Origin: an uncultured bacterium
GTDB taxonomy: Bacteria; Verrucomicrobiota; Verrucomicrobiia; Limisphaerales; UBA8199
Direction: 5' to 3'
Length of the DNA: 64,000 nt
Assembly: GCA_963749495.1 (NCBI GenBank)
Contig: CAVVMW010000025.1
Coordinates: 1-64,000, forward strand
Of this stretch, positions 40,604 through 50,737 are shown in pieces (the first letter of the stretch is position 1; the number at the start of each line of letters is the position of its first letter). The position numbers and the translations under genes were made by a program. Below the pieces are notes generated by a model. The model was not told where the DNA came from, ran no database searches, and worked only from the letters and a program-made list of their open reading frames with translations.

Positions 40604-40901
40604 ATGAATCCTGCTATAGACCCTCAATTAAGGGCACTTCACCTCGTAACACTTGCCCTTTATAACAAGCAGACAATGCTCCTTCGGTCTAAGCCAACAC
40701 CTATCGCCTCCATCAATGCGACAGATTTTCTAGCTCACCAAGCAACGATCTTTGCCGACTCAGCATTATTCCGCATGGAAGCTGCTAGACAGCCGCTAAA
40801 CACTGCCTCCGCTCGCTTGCGAACTTGCTTGGAGGCTCAAGCTAGAGCAAATCATATTTTCGCTGTGACAGGGAACGAGCGTGAACACTGCGCAACTGAG
40901 A
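40604..40901 (+). pseudogene. Hypothetical gene fragment truncated at a GGGGTCA end
   Basis: AT-richer ORF like the upstream pair; its frame runs into the repeat starting at 40902. Confidence 0.4.
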
Positions 40902-41028
40902 GGGGTCAGTTAATGAGATTGTCATATTCCAGGCAGGCATTGTCCGCCTGTTTGCGAGTTTCTGCCCTCTCTGCCCTGTCCCAGCAGCCGGGCTGAGAAA
41001 CTCGCTGAGAGCAACCGCTCACCAGCGC
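40902..41028 (-). repeat. ~125-bp diverged direct repeat, copy 1 (TGACCCC-type terminus)
   Basis: GGGGTCAGTTAATGAGATTGTCAT...TGTTTGCGAGTTTCTGCCCT...GAAACTCGCT...CCGCTCACCAGCGCA, colinear with 41650-41775. Confidence 0.8.
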
Positions 41029-41046
41029 ACTTTGCAGCAACCCGGT

Positions 41047-41376
41047 TCACAGTCCGAACCAAAGACGCAACGCCTCGTCGAGTTTTACCAGGTCAGGTGC
41101 GCGCAACTGGCCGAGTTGCTTTCTGACCAGATTTCCCGTCACCGAGGCCACCGCGCGTTTGGCAAAAGAAGGATGGATCAGCCCCGCCTCGCGCCAGGAC
41201 TGGAGGGCGAACTCGCCCGGACGCAGCCCGTCGCCCACGGAAGTCACCGCCACCACCAGCAAATCATCCGAAGGATAATCCGGGCTGACCACCACGGCGG
41301 GGCGGATTTTGGCGGAGGATTGATCCGAAAAAGGAAACGGCAGCAGGACGATGGTGCCGCGTTTATAGCCGGTCAT
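41047..41376 (-). CDS. mazF: PemK/MazF-family toxin
   Basis: RGTIVLLPFPFSDQSSAKIRPAVVVS...AGLIHPS. Confidence 0.9.
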   Translation of the reverse strand: MTGYKRGTIVLLPFPFSDQSSAKIRPAVVVSPDYPSDDLLVVAVTSVGDGLRPGEFALQSWREAGLIHPSFAKRAVASVTGNLVRKQLGQLRAPDLVKLDEALRLWFGL

Positions 41377-41563
41377 AATCGGCATCCAGCGGATTTTCCC
41401 AGATTTTTTGGAAGGTGGACTCGGACAGCCGCGCACAGGCGTCGGCCAGCCCGTCGTCGTTCGGGTCCGGCGCGATTACCGTGACCTTGGCGTTGGGCTG
41501 CAACCGAGCCGGTTCGTCCAGCACGATGAACCTTCCGTCAAAATGCGCGCTCAAAGTTTGCAT
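41363..41563 (-). CDS. Putative antitoxin (AF2212/DUF104-like N-terminus)
   Basis: MQTLSAHFDGRFIVLDEP..L.PNAKVTV; C-terminal LSESTFQKIWENPLDADYDRL; overlaps the toxin start. Confidence 0.75.
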   Translation of the reverse strand: MQTLSAHFDGRFIVLDEPARLQPNAKVTVIAPDPNDDGLADACARLSESTFQKIWENPLDADYDRL

Positions 41564-41649
41564 TGTTCAAGCCTAGTTTCCCCGGTGGCCTTTATCAAGC
41601 GGCAAAATCACCGCAGACCATCCGTGTTCCGATCAGGGCCATAAAATAA

Positions 41650-41775
41650 GGTAAGTAAATGAGATTGTCATGTCCCCGGGAGGCGTCGTTCACTTGTTTG
41701 CGACTTTCTGCCCTTTCAGCCCTTTCCCAGCCGCCAGGCTGCGAAACTCGCTCGGAGCAGCCGCTCACCATCGCA
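41650..41775 (-). repeat. ~125-bp diverged direct repeat, copy 2
   Basis: GGTAAGTAAATGAGATTGTCAT...TGTTTGCGACTTTCTGCCCT...GAAACTCGCT...CCGCTCACCATCGCA. Confidence 0.8.
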
Positions 41776-42175
41776 GTTCCCAGGCCTGCGGCTGGCGCGG
41801 CGGGAACGTGGCCGGTTTTTCCGGCACGCCGGGTGCAGTCGTGACGGGCATCGAGGCGCCGGAGGTCATTTCGCAGCGGGCAGGTCCTGCGGGCAGGCCC
41901 CATCCTGCAGCATGTCGGACCGATGCAGTGACGGGCGCGTCGCTGACGTTGACGAAAAGGAGCAGCAACCGGCCTTCGGCCGGCAGCCTCCAGGCGCCGG
42001 CCAGCACGGCGCCGGTGGTGGCCCACCATTCGCCAGACCATTGCCAGTCCGCCTTCACTTTCGCCACATCGCCCAGCAGCACCGGGGGGCGGGCCATTTC
42101 GCCGGCGAAGACATAGCGGCTGAACCTGGAGCGCAAACGCACCAGTTGGCGGAAGAACCCTCGATCTTTTAGCTG
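41765..42175 (-). pseudogene. 3' fragment of a probable carbohydrate-active hypothetical protein (DUF6259-like)
   Basis: FFRQLVRLR....YVFAGEMARPP...VLAGAWR...LLLLFVNVSD; no start, fused to a PAS fragment. Confidence 0.45.
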
Positions 42176-42179
42176 CCGA

Positions 42180-42400
42180 TTGTTGGAGCGCCTCGGTCGC
42201 ATCCGCCCGCAATTGTGCCAACTGAGCCTGTTCCCGCAGATGCAAATGCGCGCGCCTGCGCTCCGTCACGTCCTGTTTGACGGCGATGAAATGGGTGACC
42301 GCGCCACGAGCGTCCTGGACCGGCGTGATCGTCATTTCCTCGTCGTAAAGGCTGGCGTCCTTGCGTTTGTTGACCAGTTCGCCCTGCCAATTCGTGGGCT
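42180..42400 (-). pseudogene. PAS/PAC-domain sensor fragment
   Basis: MTITPVQDARGAVTHFIAVKQDVTERR PAC motif. Confidence 0.65.
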
Positions 42401-42513
42401 CTGTCCAGTTTCGCCTTGCGCGCGCGCGGGGTTCCGTTGACTTTCAATGTGGCACAGCTTCTCTGCCTGCTTCCGGAGCCGGGGAGGCGAGCGGTTGCGG
42501 TGTGATTCTGCCG

Positions 42514-43065
42514 ATGCGGCCAAAGATTGTCATTGCGGTCTTGTTGCTGGGGGCGCTCCTGGCCGGTTCTCTGCGCCTGCTTCGGCAGGCCGGCGGCCAA
42601 TCGCAGCAAACCGCTCCGGCCGCCTCAGCCGCCCCCGACACCAGCCCCGGCCTGACCCATACCGGCGGCGCCCCCGTGCCGGGGCCACGGCCAACCGCCG
42701 GGATCGCGGACGCCACGAAGCCCGCGGCCACCGGCCCAAAACCCGCGGGCACAGAGGATTCGGATTCATCCCAGGCGCGCCATCGGGCCTACGTTGAGAG
42801 CCGGGTGGCCGAACTCCTGGACCTCGGCGCCCAGGGCGATCCGGCATCGCTGGAGACCATTCTGTCCGAGTTGACCAACCGCGACCCGGCCATCCGCAGG
42901 GCGGCGCTCGGCGCCGCCATGCAGGTCCGCAGCCGGGACGCCATCCCCCGGTTGGTGGAGGCCGCCCTGCAAACCGACGATCCTCATGAGCGGGCCGCCA
43001 TCGCGGACGCCATTGAATTCCTGAAGCTGCCTGCGCTGGGTGAAGTCATGGGGCAGACCAACTGA
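42514..43065 (+). CDS. Membrane-anchored protein with Pro/Ala linker and HEAT-repeat domain
   Basis: MRPKIVIAVLLLGALLAG; ELTNRDPAIRRAAL...RDAIPRL. Confidence 0.75.
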   Translation: MRPKIVIAVLLLGALLAGSLRLLRQAGGQSQQTAPAASAAPDTSPGLTHTGGAPVPGPRPTAGIADATKPAATGPKPAGTEDSDSSQARHRAYVESRVAELLDLGAQGDPASLETILSELTNRDPAIRRAALGAAMQVRSRDAIPRLVEAALQTDDPHERAAIADAIEFLKLPALGEVMGQTN

Positions 43066-43119
43066 GCGGGTCAGGCTTCGAAATCCTGGCGCGCGAGTGT
43101 TGCTTCAGCGTGAAACGTT

Positions 43120-43776
43120 TCATTGCGGGAACCCGAACCAGCTTTCGATGGCTTCCATGGAGGTGTGCGTCATCGCCGCCAGGATGAGTTGGACCGGCCG
43201 CAACTGCATGACAAGGATCAGGATGAGGAAGCCGTAGCGGGCCAGTTGGTGGTAGGTCTCGTAAGTCATGCCGGTCAGGCTGCGCACGACCTGCGAGCCG
43301 TCCAGCGGCGGGATCGGCAGCAGATTGAAGAAGCAGAGCAGCAGGCTGAGGTTGGCCAGGGAAAGGCAAGTCTCGGACATGCCGGGGAAATGGGCCACTT
43401 CGGTCAGGCGGGCCAGGCCCACCAGGACAACGGCCAGCAGCAAGTTCATCCACGGCCCGGCCAGCGTCACCAGGATGTCGTCCATGCGCGGGTTGCGCAG
43501 GTTATAGGGGTTGACCGGCACCGGTTTGGCCCACCCCACCAGGAACCCGCGCCCGGCGGAACCGGTGAGCGAGAGGAAGATCATCAAGCCGGGCAGCAGG
43601 AGCGTGCCGATCGGGTCGATGTGGACCATCGGGTTGAGGGAAACCCGGCCTTGGGCATACGCGGTGTCATCGCCGCATTTGTGCGCCATCCAGGCATGGC
43701 CGAACTCGTGAAAGGTCAGCAGCACCAGCAGGCCCAGAAACTCAATGGCCCACTCAACCAGCATTCTCTCGTCCAT
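43120..43776 (-). CDS. Site-2 protease (peptidase M50)
   Basis: FHEFGH, GWAKPVPVN, LAGPWMN, FNLLPIPPLDG. Confidence 0.93.
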   Translation of the reverse strand: MDERMLVEWAIEFLGLLVLLTFHEFGHAWMAHKCGDDTAYAQGRVSLNPMVHIDPIGTLLLPGLMIFLSLTGSAGRGFLVGWAKPVPVNPYNLRNPRMDDILVTLAGPWMNLLLAVVLVGLARLTEVAHFPGMSETCLSLANLSLLLCFFNLLPIPPLDGSQVVRSLTGMTYETYHQLARYGFLILILVMQLRPVQLILAAMTHTSMEAIESWFGFPQ

Positions 43777-44032
43777 TCGGAACCAGCTTAGCAGAAGGCG
43801 CGACCCGTGGATAGCCAAGAAGTGGGCGGACAGCAATTCCGCAAGGTGGGCCGCGCCTCCGCTCTGCTTTCGGGGGGCCAGATTTTCGTCGGTGCCGAAC
43901 GCTGTCGTGATTGAGGGGCGGCTGGGCGGAGCCTTCGCGGGACGACACCTCTCCCGTGGTCCCCGAGTCCTCCTTTTTGCGTCGGCCAGTTTGCAAAGAG
44001 CAACATCCCGAAATCGCTCACCCAGGCGGTCG

Positions 44033-45302
44033 TCAGCCGCAGGCAAACCACAAATCCCAGGGCAAGTCCTCCTCCAAAGCCAGATCCAGGTCATGCGCCA
44101 GCTCTTTGAGGCTCACCTGGCCCAACCGGACCTGTTGACTGTGGAGCACCGCGTAGGCGCTAAAGAGGACGAAACCCAGGATTAAAATCAGCATTTGCGC
44201 CAGCATCGCCACCGGTTCGTGATGGTAGCAATGCTCCAGGTGGTAGAACTGCGTCAGTTCATTGAAAGCCTTGTTCTCGATGCCCCAGCGCCGGTGACCG
44301 CCCTCATAGACGACCCTGACCGGATAGCCAGCCAAGCCCTCCGATGCCATCCACCACCAGTCGCTGGTCTGGGGCTGAGAGGTCTTTTTTCCGCCCACCA
44401 TTTTGTGCTGGATCCAGGTCTCCTGCGAATGGACCACCCGCACTTTGCGGCCGTAGCTCTTGCTGAAGTCCAGGTGTTTGACCTCCCACAGTCTGACGTG
44501 TCGGCCACGGGTTTTGTCGTCAAACTCCAGGGCGGGTTCTTGGCCGGCACTCAGGGCGCGCGCCTCTTGCAGGACTTCCATCCGTTCCTGTTTGAGTACC
44601 GACGATCCAGGCCCAGCCCAGCTTCTCCACCGCCTTCAAAAAGGGGCCTTGCACATACCAACCGTCAATGGTCACCACGTCGAAAAAGCGCACACCGTAA
44701 AGCCGACGGATCCGCCCCAGCAGGCGCAGGGCGGCCTGGGCTTCCTCTTCCCCGGGACGGATAGGCTCCACGTCCAGCAGCACGTTGAACTTGGGCCCGT
44801 TGATCTGGGCAAAGACATACCGGTGGTAGTATTCGATCACCGTGTGTTTTTGGCCTTGGTCGTCGGTCTCTTGAATCTCCCTTTGGCAGCAGCACGGACA
44901 ACAGCGACTGCGACTGTGGAAGTGTTCGTTGGCGTCCAAACTCAGGGGGAGCAGGCCGTTGATTTTACAGCTTTCCAGCGCCTTGTTGGCCTTCAGGTTC
45001 TTGTTCACCCCGGCCAGGTCTTGGCGCAAGTCCTCCAGGTAGAAACGCTCGCTCACATAATGAAAGGCGTCGTCGCTGATGCGCTGGCTCCAATGGATGA
45101 GGTGTCGCCAGCGCCGGCGCTTGGTTTGCTTGGAGATGTCCAGGTAGCTGCCGGCGCGCATGACGACTCCCAGCAGCAGGCTCAGGAACAAGGGCCGGGT
45201 GGGAATCTTGGCGTAGGGCCGAGAGTCACGCACCCCGCGCACCACCCGGTTCAGAGCGAAAACCTTGATGACGCAGCCCAAAAACTGGGCCAGTTCGTTC
45301 AT
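44033..45302 (-). CDS. DDE transposase (DDE_Tnp_1/IS4-like; frameshift at ~44600)
   Basis: LSLDANE, CCPCC, VTIDGWY, GHRRWGIENKAFNEL. Confidence 0.82.
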
Positions 45303-45670
45303 AAGGGTGCCGCAGCCAGCGGTTCGCCACGCCGGAGCAGTTCGCGATTGATTTGACTGATTTGGTCGAGCACCTCTTGCACCTGGGCATAAGCAGCCAC
45401 GCCTTGACGTGCTTGGTCGAGCTGGTCCGGGGATTTGAGCAGGAGCGACTGCACCTGGCCTTTGGCGAAGCAGCGGTTGAGGTAGAAGAACGGCCCGTGC
45501 CTGGGACCGCCACTGTGGCAGCGGCAACTGGCTTTGCCACACTTGAGGAATCGCTCGATCAAGGAGGCGTGCAGGACGCCCGGGGGCAGTTGGAAGGAGG
45601 GCAGGAGATGGGCCTTTCGCTGGCGCAGAGCCAGGGTCGAGGTGTGCTGGAGCATCTGTATCCTACTCAT
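45299..45670 (-). CDS. DUF6788-family small Cys/His protein of the IS
   Basis: SLIERFLKCGKASCRCHSGGPRHGP; ATGA overlap with the transposase. Confidence 0.8.
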   Translation of the reverse strand: MSRIQMLQHTSTLALRQRKAHLLPSFQLPPGVLHASLIERFLKCGKASCRCHSGGPRHGPFFYLNRCFAKGQVQSLLLKSPDQLDQARQGVAAYAQVQEVLDQISQINRELLRRGEPLAAAPL

Positions 45671-45779
45671 ATATAGATGTAGGATACCAAAGCGGGCGGG
45701 CAAAGCAAGCGAAAAAGAAAACGCCTCTATTTCCGAAAATGCCCTAACTGCCTGGGGTCAGGGAAATTGCAAATAAAAA

Positions 45780-47044
45780 CCCACGCACCTTACGGAATCG
45801 CTGCCTTTGTCGGCTTCGTCTACCAGGACATTCGCTTCTGCCGGGACCGCAGAGGCCGTGCCCGACGCATCGAGATCACCCTCCAGCCCCATGCCGGCAT
45901 TGCCGCCAAGTGCTCCCGGTGCCTGCAGCCAGCCCCTGGCTATGATCAGTTGCCCCAGCGGTCCTGGCTGTTTCCGCCGATGTGGGGCCTCAAGAGCTAT
46001 TTCCTCTACCCCCCGCGGCGGGTCAATTGTCCGCAGGACGGGGTGGTCGTCGAGCATATCCCCTGGAGCCAGGGCAAGCAACCGGTGACGACGGCGATGA
46101 TGGGCGTCTTGGCCCGCTGGGCTCGGCGGCTGTCCTGGAAGGAAACCGCCCAGGCCTTCCACACCAGTTGGGAGGCCGTTTACCGTTCGGTGCAGTGGTT
46201 CGTCCAATGGGGTTTGGAGCACCGGCGCCTGGAGGGTGTGGAGGCCATCGGAGTGGACGAGATCCATTGGGGCAAGGGCCAGAAGGCCGACAACTTCCTG
46301 ACGGTGATTTACCAGATTGACCCCCACTGTCGGCGCTTGCTGTGGGTGGGCCGGCGGCGCACTCAAGCCACGTTGCGGCGGGGCTTGGCGGAATTGGGAG
46401 CCCCGGTGGTCAGCGCTTTGAAGTATGTGTGCAGCGACATGTGGAAGCCCTACCTGAAGGTGATCGCGGCCAAGATACCACAGGCGCTCAACGTTCTGGA
46501 CCGCTTTCATATCGTGGGGCACCTCAACGAGGCGGTGGACGAGGTGCGCCGGGGCGAGCAGTCGCGCTTGCACGGTCGTCCCCTGGCTCAGCGGCTCAAG
46601 GGCATGCGCTGGCAGTTGTTGCGCCGGGGCAGCCGGGTGCGGGGCCATGCCCGCTCCAAGCTCAACGCCCTGTTGGCCAGCAAGCTGGCGACGGCGCGGG
46701 CCTGGAACCTCAAGGAGAGCTTCGACTATCTTTGGCACTACCGTTCTCCGATCTATGTGGTGGCCTATCTGGGTTATTGGTGCGCTCGAGCCATGCGCAG
46801 CCGGCTCGAACCGATGAAGAAGGTGGCCCGGATGCTTCGCGCCCATGAGCCGTTGATCTTGAATTGGTTCGAGGCCAAAGGCGAGCTTTCCAGCGCCGCC
46901 GTCGAGGGCCTGAACAACAAGATTCGAGTGGTGACCAGACGATCTTACGGCTTCCGCACCTATCCCGCCATGGAATTGGCCCTGTATCATAGCCTTGGCC
47001 GCTTACCCGAGCCTCGACTTACCCACACATTCTGCTGAGGAGGC
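45780..47044 (+). mobile_element. ISL3-family element, left end missing
   Basis: Transposase CSRC...C.QDG zinc finger, IGVDE, VCSDMW, LDRFH, VEGLNNKIR; right end ACCCACACATTCTGCTGAGGAGGC; N-terminus truncated. Confidence 0.88.
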
Positions 47045-47195
47045 AGAAAACAATCGCGGCCAATTCCTGCGGATTACCGAAGCGGTCGGCGAACGGCGCA
47101 ACACGATTATCATCCCAGCTCCCGGCCTGGAGGATTTCAGGAAGCTGCTGGAGGAAATGGTCGAATTCATCAGCGGAAGTCCCTCCAAGTTTTGA
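47045..47195 (+). pseudogene. PUR-family (PurA/DUF3276-like) nucleic-acid-binding protein, 3' fragment
   Basis: ENNRGQFLRITE..GERRNTIIIPAPGLEDF immediately after the ISL3 end. Confidence 0.7.
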
Positions 47196-47325
47196 TAGGG
47201 GGCTGTTCAGACGCAGGTGTTGAGCGTCGAGGGAATGAAGTGCCGCTTTTCGACACTCGCCGCAATAGCTTCAATGCTCCTTTCCCTTGCAAACACACGG
47301 CTTTGCGGTTACTCCTCTCTCCATT

Positions 47326-47489
47326 ATGGCAAAACCATTAACCAAATCTCAGATCACAACATCTCTGGCTGAAACGGTCGGAGTCAGCCACAAACAAGCC
47401 ACCGAGACTCTGGAAGCCCTGGTCGCGCTGGCCTACAAAAACGCCAAGAACAGGTTCACCATTCCGGGCCTGGGCAAGCTGGTCCTGGT
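47326..47489 (+). pseudogene. hup: HU-family DNA-binding protein, 5' half interrupted by IS21
   Basis: MAKPLTKSQI..LAE....KQA...LE.L..LAYK.AKN.FTIPGLGKLV; cut at the IS21 end. Confidence 0.85.
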
Positions 47490-47816
47490 TGCGGATTCCA
47501 GCGAAAGCGGACACCTGTTCCAATCGAAAGCGGACACCTGTTCCAATTGATATCGGACAGTTGTCGGAGCGAAGCGACGCTCTGGGGTTAATCATAAACA
47601 AGTGTCCGATATGAGTCAAGTTTCCGGTCTGGTTTTCGGAGCTCCGGAGGAGCGACGCGTTTTCCCGAGAACCAGAGACGTCATCGCGCCGTGCATTTGC
47701 GCGGGCGGGCGAGCGGCGGAGACGGACTCCGAACCTCCAGTTCGCGTCTCCGCCGGTCGCCACGCGTAACGGACTCGCCCCGCCCGTGCAAATAGGCGCG
47801 CCACTGATCATCGAAC

Positions 47817-48578
47817 TCATTGATCCGAAGGCGTCTGGTTTTGGGGGCCGGCGCCGGTGTTTTTGCGCATCGACTCGCCCTTGAGTTCGATCCGATAGGC
47901 GTTGTGCACCAGGCGGTCCAGAATGGCGTCAGCGACCGTGGCATCAGCAATGATTTCGTGCCACTGGTGGACGGGAAACTGGCTGGTCATAAGGGTGGCT
48001 CCCTGGCCGTGGCGGTCGTCCAGGATCTCCAGCAAGTCGCGATACGCTTTGCCGGTGACGCTGGCAATACCCAGATCATCGATGATCAGCAAGGGGGCGC
48101 GGGCCATCTTCTTGAGCAGGGAAAGGAGGCTGCCATCGGCTTGGGCGGTCTGCAGGGCGCGGAAGAGCTTGGGCGCATAATAGTAGAGGCTGCGGTGTCC
48201 ATCCCGGCAGGCCTGGTGGCCCAAGGCACAGGCCAAGTAGGTTTTGCCAATGCCGGCGGGGCCGGTGATGAGGCAGTTGCGCTTTTCCTGGATCCACTGG
48301 GAAGCGCGGAGTTGCTCGATCTGCGCCCGCTTGAGACCGCGTGGGTGACGATAATCAATGGCCTCCAGGCTGGCGGCGATTTTAAGTTGGGCCGACTTGA
48401 GGCGCGTCGAGAGCGAGCGGTTCTCTTTCCAGCTCCATTGCCGTTCGACCAGCAGGCCCACGCGAGCTTCAAAATCCAACTGGCTAATATCGGTCTGACG
48501 GCGCTGTTCTTCCAAGGCCTGAGCCAGGCCGTCCAGGCGCAGGGCGTAGAGCTTTTCCAGAGTTTGAGTGTAGAGCAT
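47817..48578 (-). CDS. istB: IS21 helper ATPase IstB
   Basis: GPAGIGKT, LIIDDLG, TSQFPV..W, ADAILDRLVHNAYRIELKGESMRK. Confidence 0.95.
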   Translation of the reverse strand: MLYTQTLEKLYALRLDGLAQALEEQRRQTDISQLDFEARVGLLVERQWSWKENRSLSTRLKSAQLKIAASLEAIDYRHPRGLKRAQIEQLRASQWIQEKRNCLITGPAGIGKTYLACALGHQACRDGHRSLYYYAPKLFRALQTAQADGSLLSLLKKMARAPLLIIDDLGIASVTGKAYRDLLEILDDRHGQGATLMTSQFPVHQWHEIIADATVADAILDRLVHNAYRIELKGESMRKNTGAGPQNQTPSDQ

Positions 48579-48582
48579 AGGT

Positions 48583-50172
48583 TCAGGGATCGGTTGACGG
48601 GTTTGCGGGCGTTGAGGGGTTTGAGCTTGGGTCGTAGTAAGGGCCACCGCGCAGGTTGTCGTGCGGCGGGTTGGGCAGATGCAGTTGCTCTTCCAGGGGT
48701 TGGTTTTCCAGGTGGTTTTGGAGGATGGATTTGATGCTCCGATAGGAGCAGGTGCTAAAGTGCAGCGCCCGTTTGCAGGCGGCTTCCAGGCGCTCCAGAC
48801 CCGCCCCCTTGCCCAGATGGATGATGCCCATGCAGGAGCGATAACCCATTTCCGGATGCGGCTGGCGGCTGAGGATTTGTTCGACCGCTTGGGCGCAGTG
48901 GGGACCGGTTTTGGCGGCCCAGTCGATCAGGCGGCTTGGGGTCCATTGCAGGTGTTTTTGATGGGACTTGGGCCGGTGTTCATCCAGCGTGGTGGCACGT
49001 CCCGCCAGAGACCTGAGCGCGTGAGCCGCGACCCGTTTGCCCTGATGAAACAACTCCACCGTGGAATCGGTTTTCCGGACGTCCAGCAGCTCATGGATCA
49101 GTTGATAGGGAACGCTGTAGAAGTGGTGGTCCACCACGACGTGATAATCGATGTTGGCTCGGGCCTGCGACCAGACGGCCAACTGGAACGGCATGGCCGG
49201 CAGGGGCAGAAGCTGGCCTTTTTCCAACGATTCAAACCAACTGTTCCGCGAGCCTTCGAGCTTCTGGAAGGGTTGCTCATTGAGCTTGGCCAACAACGGA
49301 GCGATCGCTTGATTCAAAGCGCCCACACCGAAGAAGCGCTGGTCGCGCAAGCGGGCCAGGATTTGCCGTTCGGCAATCTGCACTGCGGTTTCGACCTGGG
49401 CCTTGTCGCGGGGACGAGCCGGTCTGGCCGGCAGCACGACCGTCCCGTAGTGCTCCGCCATCTCCGCACACGTGCGATGCAATTGCGGTTCATAACGACA
49501 AGCCCGCACCACTGCGGTCTTGGGATTATCCGGCACAGTTACCCTGGCAACACCGCCATAAAAAGCGTAGGCATGGACGTGCCCCGCGATCCAGCAGGGC
49601 AGTTGCTCGTCGGGGAAGGCCTCGACGAAGGTCTTGTTGCTGGCTCCCAGCACGGCCACGAACAGATGCCCTTGACTCAGACTGCCATCGGTGGCGTTGT
49701 GGATCGGCACGGTCTGGCCGGCCCAGTCCACGAACATCTTCTGCCCCGGCACATGCACCTGGCGCAACACCGGATCCAGGGTTCCTTCCCAGTCCCGATA
49801 CAGTTCGCAAAAACGGCTGTAGGCATAGCCCTCGGGATGGATTTGGTGGTATTCGTTCCACAACAACTGCAACGTTACTGCCTTGCGGCGCAACTCCTGG
49901 TGGATCTGTTTCCAGTCGGGCAAAGCTCTGGCCGGCGGGTTCACCACCGCCTGGCCGGTGCTGCCCAGCAGCTTTTCGACGAGTTGCTCCTCAGTCAGTT
50001 CCTCCGGTAGCGGCCAGTTCAGCCCGACGCTTTCAGCTCGCTTGAGGTAGTCGCCCACGGTGCTGATCGGCAGGCCGCAACTGCGGGCGATTTCGCGTAC
50101 CGACAGCCCATGCTCATGCTTGAGTCGAAGTAGTTCTTTAATTTGACGCATAGATAATGTCTCTCGTGCCAT
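48583..50172 (-). CDS. istA: IS21 transposase IstA
   Basis: N-terminal HTH, GYAYSRFC, MFVDWAG, VPDNPK, PRDKAQVE, HDNLRGGPYY. Confidence 0.95.
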   Translation of the reverse strand: MARETLSMRQIKELLRLKHEHGLSVREIARSCGLPISTVGDYLKRAESVGLNWPLPEELTEEQLVEKLLGSTGQAVVNPPARALPDWKQIHQELRRKAVTLQLLWNEYHQIHPEGYAYSRFCELYRDWEGTLDPVLRQVHVPGQKMFVDWAGQTVPIHNATDGSLSQGHLFVAVLGASNKTFVEAFPDEQLPCWIAGHVHAYAFYGGVARVTVPDNPKTAVVRACRYEPQLHRTCAEMAEHYGTVVLPARPARPRDKAQVETAVQIAERQILARLRDQRFFGVGALNQAIAPLLAKLNEQPFQKLEGSRNSWFESLEKGQLLPLPAMPFQLAVWSQARANIDYHVVVDHHFYSVPYQLIHELLDVRKTDSTVELFHQGKRVAAHALRSLAGRATTLDEHRPKSHQKHLQWTPSRLIDWAAKTGPHCAQAVEQILSRQPHPEMGYRSCMGIIHLGKGAGLERLEAACKRALHFSTCSYRSIKSILQNHLENQPLEEQLHLPNPPHDNLRGGPYYDPSSNPSTPANPSTDP

Positions 50173-50737
50173 AATGATGCCTGCTACGATGGGTTCAAAT
50201 CGCAACAGCCACACTTCTGGCAGCTTATCTTGCGTCGCTCCGCTCCTTATGAGTTCCGACCAGTTCGGACACCGTTCCGAGGCAAGTCGGACACCCTTCC
50301 GACGATGTCGGACACCGTGCCGACGCACCGGAAAAGTGTCCGATATGATTTCGGAATCACTGTCCGATATCAATCGGAACCGGTGTCCGATTTGAATTGG
50401 AATGCCTGTCCGATATGAATCGGAATGGGTGTCCGACAAGCGTCGGAATACGCAACATAGACCGTGGGATTGTTAGGGCTGCCGAGAGGTCCAATGCTCA
50501 GACTCCAGAATTCATCGAGCACATCCAGGATTTCGATTGATGGGGCCTTGCTAAAGTCAGATTCCTCCCGCTCCAAAAAGGCCTGGAAATGTTTGGCGAC
50601 CTCGGGGAAGACCAAGGCCGCGGCTCCATTGGCTGTGGTTGGGTTCGGGGGTGGAGATTGAGACATTATTGTGCCGTTGTCGGTTTCTGTAAGATATTGG
50701 CTGTTCATGCAGCTTACTGAGTTCATGTAGATTATCT

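Larger units (their letters stand above)
43831..45753 (-). mobile_element. Two-gene IS (DUF6788 + IS4-like DDE transposase); ends uncertain
   Basis: Coupled gene pair; weak putative ends CAGCAATTCCGCA (43831) and TGCCCTAACTGCCTG (~45753). Confidence 0.55.
47490..50454 (-). mobile_element. IS21-family element
   Basis: Ends TGCGGATTCC / GGAATACGCA; subterminal tandem repeats (CGAAAGCGGACACCTGTTCCAAT x2, several GTGTCCGAT); istA-istB; no TSD. Confidence 0.93.

Noticed and set aside
47490..47575. Mini-CRISPR or iterons in the CGGACA repeats (also 50260-50450)
   Set aside because: These are the normal subterminal repeats of IS21 ends
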